Shown here piece after piece: positions 58,761-64,000 of a stretch of 64,000 bases of DNA (its first letter is position 1; each line of letters begins with the position of its first letter). Below the pieces are notes generated by a model. That model was not told where the DNA came from. It saw only the letters and a list, made by a program, of their open reading frames with translations, and did not search any database. The DNA lies in NCBI GenBank assembly GCA_033763455.1, contig JANRKO010000047.1:64001-128000 (forward strand). The letters are read 5' to 3'. The stretch is from Polyangiaceae bacterium. Lineage in GTDB: Bacteria > Myxococcota_A > Polyangia > Polyangiales > Polyangiaceae. The position numbers were made by a program, and so were the translations under genes.

Positions 58761-60863
58761 ATGCGGCGCCCTCACCCACAAAACCCCTTGTTCCCCTCGT
58801 GGCCGGCGGGGGTCGTTTTGGTTGCTGCTCTCGGTGGGATGGCCTGCGTTCCAAAGGTCTCGGTGGATGAACGCGAAGCTTTACCAGAGATGGTTACCCC
58901 CGTGCCGAGCGGTATCGATTTCGGTTCCGGCACCGGAATGAACCCCGACGTGAATCTGGATCCGTATGCTTTGCTCGGCATCCAGCCCAACCACGGCCCG
59001 TTTTCCGGCGGGCAGCTGGCCATCTTACGCGGTAACGGGTTCACTCCTGAAGCACGGGTCTGGATTGGTGGTGAGGAGCTACCCAAGCAAAACGTCCAAC
59101 CTGTGGATTCCAAGCGGCTTCAGATCGTGATCCCAGCTGGCTCTCCCGGGCCAGTAGATGTGGCGACGCAGAATGGAGACGCCACCGAATCCCGACGCAC
59201 ACTCGTGCGGGGCTACACTTTCGACACCTTCGTGGTGTCGCCCGATCTCGGTCCCACCGCGGGTGGTACGGAGGTCCGTTTGCAGGGCAAAGGCACGGCC
59301 TGGAACGACACCACTCAAGTGTACGTCGATGCCAAGCCTTGTTCTTCGGTCCGTGCCGTGAGCGCAGAGGAACTCGTTTGCGTTACTCCGCCCGGTAGCA
59401 CCGGGGCTAAACCCGTTAGCGTGCAAACGTCTGATGGCGTCGCCGTTGATGTCGTCGACGCGTTTGCCTACTCAGACAGTAAGACGAATTTTCGCGGCGG
59501 CCTGAGTGGCAATGCCCTGAACGGCAAGCTGGAAGTATTGGTTCTAGATCGGAACATGGGCACACCCCTCGCTGGCGCCGCGGTGGTGGTGGGTTCCGCA
59601 CAGAAGCCAGCAGATGCGACGGGGCGAGCCGTTTTTGAGGGCCCGGAGTTGCTCACCGCACAGCCCGTTACGGTAGCGGCTAAGTGCTACCAGCCGATGA
59701 CATTCGCACAGGTTCCTGTGGAAACCGCGACGATTTACCTAGATCCGGTGCTCTCCCCCGCGTGCGGCATGCCGGACGACGTACGGCTCACGGGCGGCGC
59801 GTCTATCTATACGGAGAGCGTCGAAGGTGAGCTCTTCTGGCCGGATGTCCGTGAATTTCAAGCGGGTGGCTGGACGAATGTTCCTACACCCAAGAACACG
59901 GACGAACAGCGTGCCGCGTACGTTTTCCCACTAGCAACGGATCCAGCAACTCCGTTCGTGCTACCCGAAACCTACGACGCTGTCACCCCTTCAGATCTAA
60001 CAAACTCAGGTTATCGCTTCTCCCTACGCAGCTATCCGGACACCGTCACTCTGTACGCTTTAGCAGGTATCGAGAATCGCAAGCTCACCCCTCCCCTCTT
60101 TATTCCGTATGCGATGGGCATCACGCGCGGGGTAAAGGTCGAGCCGGAACAAACCAAATCAGAGGTGTTCCTGGCCATGAGCATCCCCATCGATCAGGGG
60201 CTCAATCTGCAAGTTGCTGGCCCTGAGGTTACCTCGCGGGGGCCGAATCGAATGGACGCGTCGGTGGCGGTGGGGATCCCGGGGCAGGGCTACGTGATCC
60301 TACCTGGCGCTCGCCAAAAGGGCTTATATCCTACCGTTTCGCCCCTCAGCATCGTTGGCCTACCGCCACTCGTGGATCGTTTGAGTGGCTCCACGTATGT
60401 GGCCACTGCCACCGTCTACACGGGCGAAAGTGGCGGAGTTCCACGCTCGCGAGGCGCGCTCTTGGAAACACCAGTATCCGGCCAATTGCTCACGCTGGAC
60501 CGGTTTGTGCAAATCCCCAACGTCACAGCGCCACTCCCCAATACTGCCTGGAATGGTCGCTCTATCAGCTTGGATTGGGCGAACGGTAATACCGAAGCAG
60601 ATTTGCTGGTGCTCGACATCTCGAGCGGCGGAGGGCTCGTGCACTGGACGGTGGTGGTCCCTGGGGGCACAAAAACGATCGAGCTGCCGGATCTGCGATC
60701 GATCTCCACTGACCTTGGCATACTCCCTGGGGGCATCACGCTCAAAGTGTCGGCTGCAAGCATCGAGAACTTCCAGTACGGTAAATTCAGCTACGGGGAC
60801 CTCTCAGCGCGATCGTGGGCGGCCTACGCCGTCGATGTGGTCGATAGGCGTTACTCGCCTTAA
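58761..60863 (+). CDS. IPT/TIG-domain lipoprotein
   Basis: Lipobox GMAC; two P..GP..GG....G..F IPT repeats. Confidence 0.78.
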   Translation: MRRPHPQNPLFPSWPAGVVLVAALGGMACVPKVSVDEREALPEMVTPVPSGIDFGSGTGMNPDVNLDPYALLGIQPNHGPFSGGQLAILRGNGFTPEARVWIGGEELPKQNVQPVDSKRLQIVIPAGSPGPVDVATQNGDATESRRTLVRGYTFDTFVVSPDLGPTAGGTEVRLQGKGTAWNDTTQVYVDAKPCSSVRAVSAEELVCVTPPGSTGAKPVSVQTSDGVAVDVVDAFAYSDSKTNFRGGLSGNALNGKLEVLVLDRNMGTPLAGAAVVVGSAQKPADATGRAVFEGPELLTAQPVTVAAKCYQPMTFAQVPVETATIYLDPVLSPACGMPDDVRLTGGASIYTESVEGELFWPDVREFQAGGWTNVPTPKNTDEQRAAYVFPLATDPATPFVLPETYDAVTPSDLTNSGYRFSLRSYPDTVTLYALAGIENRKLTPPLFIPYAMGITRGVKVEPEQTKSEVFLAMSIPIDQGLNLQVAGPEVTSRGPNRMDASVAVGIPGQGYVILPGARQKGLYPTVSPLSIVGLPPLVDRLSGSTYVATATVYTGESGGVPRSRGALLETPVSGQLLTLDRFVQIPNVTAPLPNTAWNGRSISLDWANGNTEADLLVLDISSGGGLVHWTVVVPGGTKTIELPDLRSISTDLGILPGGITLKVSAASIENFQYGKFSYGDLSARSWAAYAVDVVDRRYSP

Positions 60864-60871
60864 ATCCTGAC

Positions 60872-63010
60872 ATGGCGCTGGGCGTGAAGATCCAAAGCTC
60901 AAGGTTGCACACCTTTCGGGTCCTCGGGGGCACCTTGCTGCTGTTGCTCGCCTTCATCGGCGGCTCAAGTTGCGACTTCGATCGGCAAGATCGCTGGCTC
61001 ACCTCAAAGCCTGCGCGAGCCCCCGAATGCGTTCCCGGAACGTTGCGATGCTCTTCAGATCGCCTCGAACGCTGCGAAGGGCCGGCTGATTCGGCGAAGT
61101 TTGCGCTGCGCGAAGCGTGCGGGCAAAGCGGAAAGATCTGCGCGCCCAGCCTGCTTCAGTGCTCCCAGTGTATTCCGGGAGAACAGAAGTGCGATGGGCA
61201 AACCATCATCAAGTGCGACGCTGATGGCGGGGCTTTCACTCCCGGGGAAACCTGCGACACGGCCCAAGGTGCCGCCTGCCGGGGCGGAACGTGCACACCG
61301 CTATGTGCCCAAGCCAGCGAGCGCCGCAGCAACGTGGGTTGTGAATATTGGGGCGTTGATCTCGATAACGCCAACGTTAGGAGCCGCAATGTTGACCGCA
61401 TTGCGAACGCTGCCGCGCAGCAGTTTGCAATAGTTGTCAGTAACATTCAGCCAGATGTCACGGCCACGGTACTGGTCGAACGCGACGATAGCGCGATTTC
61501 TGGCCCCGGCAGTCCCGTGCGTGTGGTCGAGCAAAAGATCGCCCCCATGAGCTTGTTTGTCTTCAAATTGGGGCCCCGAGAGGTGGATGGCTCCCCGCCC
61601 GGTGAGTTCGACACCGGCACCCACACGGCGCTCACTCGCCACGCTTACCGCGTCACCTCTAACTTTCCGGTCGTCGCTTACCAATTCAACCCACTTGAGA
61701 ACGTGGACGTCTTCTCTAACGACGCGTCGCTTTTAAAGCCGGTGGAGGCGCTCAGCATGCCCGGTACACCAGGCGAATTGGTGGATTCCTACGTCGTACT
61801 AGGCTGGCCAGAAACCATCGGCTCTTCGGAGGATCGCAACACCAATTTCGATCCCGAGACGCCGGTGAATTTGCGCTCATTTCTAACGATCGTCGGCACG
61901 CGTCCCAACACCCGAGTAAAAATTCAAACCCGCGCACGCATCGTGCCCGGCGGCCCAGTACTCGACACACCGGTTGGCGGCATTGTGGAGCAAACGCTAG
62001 AGCCGTTTGATGTGCTCAACCTGGAAACGGGGCAATTTGGTGCGGATTTTACGGGCTCCGTGATCAGCGCGGACGCACCCGTCGTCGTCTTTAGTGGCAG
62101 CGAAGCGGCGGATGTTCCCCTCTTCTCTACCCTCTCCTCGCGCCGCTGTTGTGCGGACCACCTCGAAGAACAGCTAGATCCGATCCGGACGGCAGGCACG
62201 AGCTTTGTTGCCGCAGTTTCTCCAAGCCGTTCACGTGCCCTCCAAAACGCTGGAGCCGGTGTCGAAGAGGTAGCGCAATCCGAGGTTTTTCGAGTCGTCG
62301 CCGTCAATGAAAAGGGCGCGGAAATCACCACCACGCTCGCCCCCGATGGCCCCGCGACGATCAGTTTGAAAGCCCGCGGAGATTACGCCGACATTGTGGC
62401 CTCCAGAAACTTCATTTTAACTAGCTCTTTGCCAGTAATGCTTGGAGCTTTTTCGCCGAGTGCCGAGGCCGCCGGTATTTTAGGCAATCAGCCCGGGGGT
62501 GATCCGAGCTTTGTGATCGTGCCACCCACCGTGCAGTTTCGTTCGTCGTACGTGTTCCTAACGCCCGACAAGTACAACTTCGACTTCGCCCAAATCATTG
62601 CTCCGTTGGGCACCGAAGTAGCCTTGGATCGGCAACCCATCAGTAGTATCCCAGGTTGCCAAAGCTCAACCGCTGATGGTTTACCGAGCGCTGATGCCGG
62701 GGGGCCCATGGGGCCGGGTGCCTTGGATTTGGGGCTGGGCGGCCTAGGAGTGTCCGCTTCAGCCCTCAGGGTGTACACGTGCCAGCTGAGCTTTCCACGA
62801 ATTGATGAAACCAACCAAAGCGGCACGTGTCCCGAAGTATCCGGCGCAGCACCAAGCGGCGACGGCCGAGTGTGTCCAGGCCTCCAGAATGATGGCGTGC
62901 ACGTTCTTGAGGCGAGTACCCCGGTGGGCCTCTTGGTGAGCGGATTCGATGCCTATGTGAGTTATGGATACGCGGGTGGCACCGAGCTTTCCGTCATCGT
63001 GCCGAGGTAA
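60872..63010 (+). CDS. IgGFc-binding-domain protein with Cys-rich N-terminus
   Basis: SNVGCEYW.VDLDN, PVVAYQFNPL, FSNDASLL.P, DHLEEQL.P, GDPS....PP..QFR..Y.F, SYGYAGG. Confidence 0.85.
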   Translation: MALGVKIQSSRLHTFRVLGGTLLLLLAFIGGSSCDFDRQDRWLTSKPARAPECVPGTLRCSSDRLERCEGPADSAKFALREACGQSGKICAPSLLQCSQCIPGEQKCDGQTIIKCDADGGAFTPGETCDTAQGAACRGGTCTPLCAQASERRSNVGCEYWGVDLDNANVRSRNVDRIANAAAQQFAIVVSNIQPDVTATVLVERDDSAISGPGSPVRVVEQKIAPMSLFVFKLGPREVDGSPPGEFDTGTHTALTRHAYRVTSNFPVVAYQFNPLENVDVFSNDASLLKPVEALSMPGTPGELVDSYVVLGWPETIGSSEDRNTNFDPETPVNLRSFLTIVGTRPNTRVKIQTRARIVPGGPVLDTPVGGIVEQTLEPFDVLNLETGQFGADFTGSVISADAPVVVFSGSEAADVPLFSTLSSRRCCADHLEEQLDPIRTAGTSFVAAVSPSRSRALQNAGAGVEEVAQSEVFRVVAVNEKGAEITTTLAPDGPATISLKARGDYADIVASRNFILTSSLPVMLGAFSPSAEAAGILGNQPGGDPSFVIVPPTVQFRSSYVFLTPDKYNFDFAQIIAPLGTEVALDRQPISSIPGCQSSTADGLPSADAGGPMGPGALDLGLGGLGVSASALRVYTCQLSFPRIDETNQSGTCPEVSGAAPSGDGRVCPGLQNDGVHVLEASTPVGLLVSGFDAYVSYGYAGGTELSVIVPR

Positions 63011-64000
63011 GCGGGAGCGGAGCGGTGATGGGCGTGAACTCCGGTGCGCTTGAGGCATTCGCTGCCGTCGCCTCGAACAACGGCCAAGGTTTGAGCAGTG
63101 GCACCGCGGCACCTGGCCCACTCTGCTTGTAGGCGCGTTCACACTCAGCGATAGAGAGCCGGCGGGGCCCGAAAATTGTCGGATCCGAAGCATCAGCGTC
63201 CATCAAGCTGGTGGCCTTATCGACTCCGAAATCATCGGGGTGCCCTGGCATATCGAGCAATACATGCCCAAGCTCATGGGCGAGCGCAAACGATCGGGAG
63301 CCCGCCAACATCCCGGCACGATCCACAATCACAACGTTCTGAATACTGGCACCATCTCCGACAATGAAAGATTCGCCGATCCGCCCAGAGGACGCGAACG
63401 AAGGCACCACGTAGACATCTATGGTGGTAGGGTCTCCGTCGTCGAAGGCTTTGATAAGCGCACGTTCCTCAAGAGTGCCTGCACTCGCGTTAAAGTCGTT
63501 GAAGTGATGGAGCCCAGCTGCAAGATCTACCTGCCCCAAGCAAACGCTCAGGCTCCTATCTGAGCTGAGCGGATGTTGCGCGGAGCGGGAAATCTCCACA
63601 GGGCGCCCTTTGCGATCTCGAACCAGAAGGTCCACGGTCCGTAGGGCACCGGTCGCGATCGAAGCGTTGGGGCTCAGCGTAACCTGAAAGCCCTGCGCGC
63701 CGAGTTCTTGTGCCAAACGATGCGCTACGCTGGTGGGCGTTTGCTGCGGTTCCGTCTTGATTGAGATGGTGCGCTTCTCGACTGTGAAGTGAATTTCCCC
63801 GCCGCTTGCAGGTGCGCCGAGCTCGCACCCAACAGCCACTAGGGACGACACTGGAGGGTCGACGAGCTGAACGTCCATTTGGCCGGGTACGCCGAGGTGG
63901 ATGCCACATTGCCCCCACAAGGCCGTTGCCGCCTCCAACTCGGCTCGCCCCATTTGTAGCGCGCTTCGATCGTCCTCCCCGAGCGGTGGCGCACCGCCGC
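62994..64000 (-). CDS. Putative zinc metalloprotease (HExxH), 5'-truncated by window edge
   Basis: FALAHELGHVLLDMPGH..D...SLM metzincin-like motif; the frame stays open to the window end. Confidence 0.7.
   Translation of the reverse strand, partial: GGAPPLGEDDRSALQMGRAELEAATALWGQCGIHLGVPGQMDVQLVDPPVSSLVAVGCELGAPASGGEIHFTVEKRTISIKTEPQQTPTSVAHRLAQELGAQGFQVTLSPNASIATGALRTVDLLVRDRKGRPVEISRSAQHPLSSDRSLSVCLGQVDLAAGLHHFNDFNASAGTLEERALIKAFDDGDPTTIDVYVVPSFASSGRIGESFIVGDGASIQNVVIVDRAGMLAGSRSFALAHELGHVLLDMPGHPDDFGVDKATSLMDADASDPTIFGPRRLSIAECERAYKQSGPGAAVPLLKPWPLFEATAANASSAPEFTPITAPLPLTSAR

Overview
GC-rich, gene-dense chromosomal window. Gene content (giant TPR proteins, Cys-rich lipoproteins, DUF1552/DUF1592 pair, IgGFc-binding and IPT/TIG proteins, Ser/Thr kinase) points to a myxobacterium, probably Polyangiaceae-like (inference). 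It is mostly core genome: ispB-like, deaD-like, ccmC/D, tatBC, rhlE, rlmH, rsfS, proA, pyrF, rlmB, iscS-like, lptE-like, leuS, coaE, folD, lgt and lspA. I saw no rRNA, tRNA, CRISPR, transposase or integrase. The most unusual signal is non-coding: a family of CATG-centred palindromic sites (roughly TACTT[AG/CG/GT]CATG[CT/CG/AC]AAG) seen 6-7 times, all in intergenic DNA. Upstream of leuS, two unrelated 151 and 174 bp units, each bounded by CTAAGTAT...ATACTTAG, appear stacked into the CATG centre of a once-perfect 26-bp palindrome, like a cassette or MITE array. Other points of interest: an orphan SctJ-type ring gene behind a pseudokinase-GYF membrane protein; a split MrfA/MrfB-like pair; an SPFH-SPFH-kinase/cNMP operon; a parS-like site next to a perfect DnaA box; a sigma54 promoter; and an unannotated 41-aa membrane ORF after ccmCD. 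Start codons were often trimmed relative to the ORF track and are estimates.
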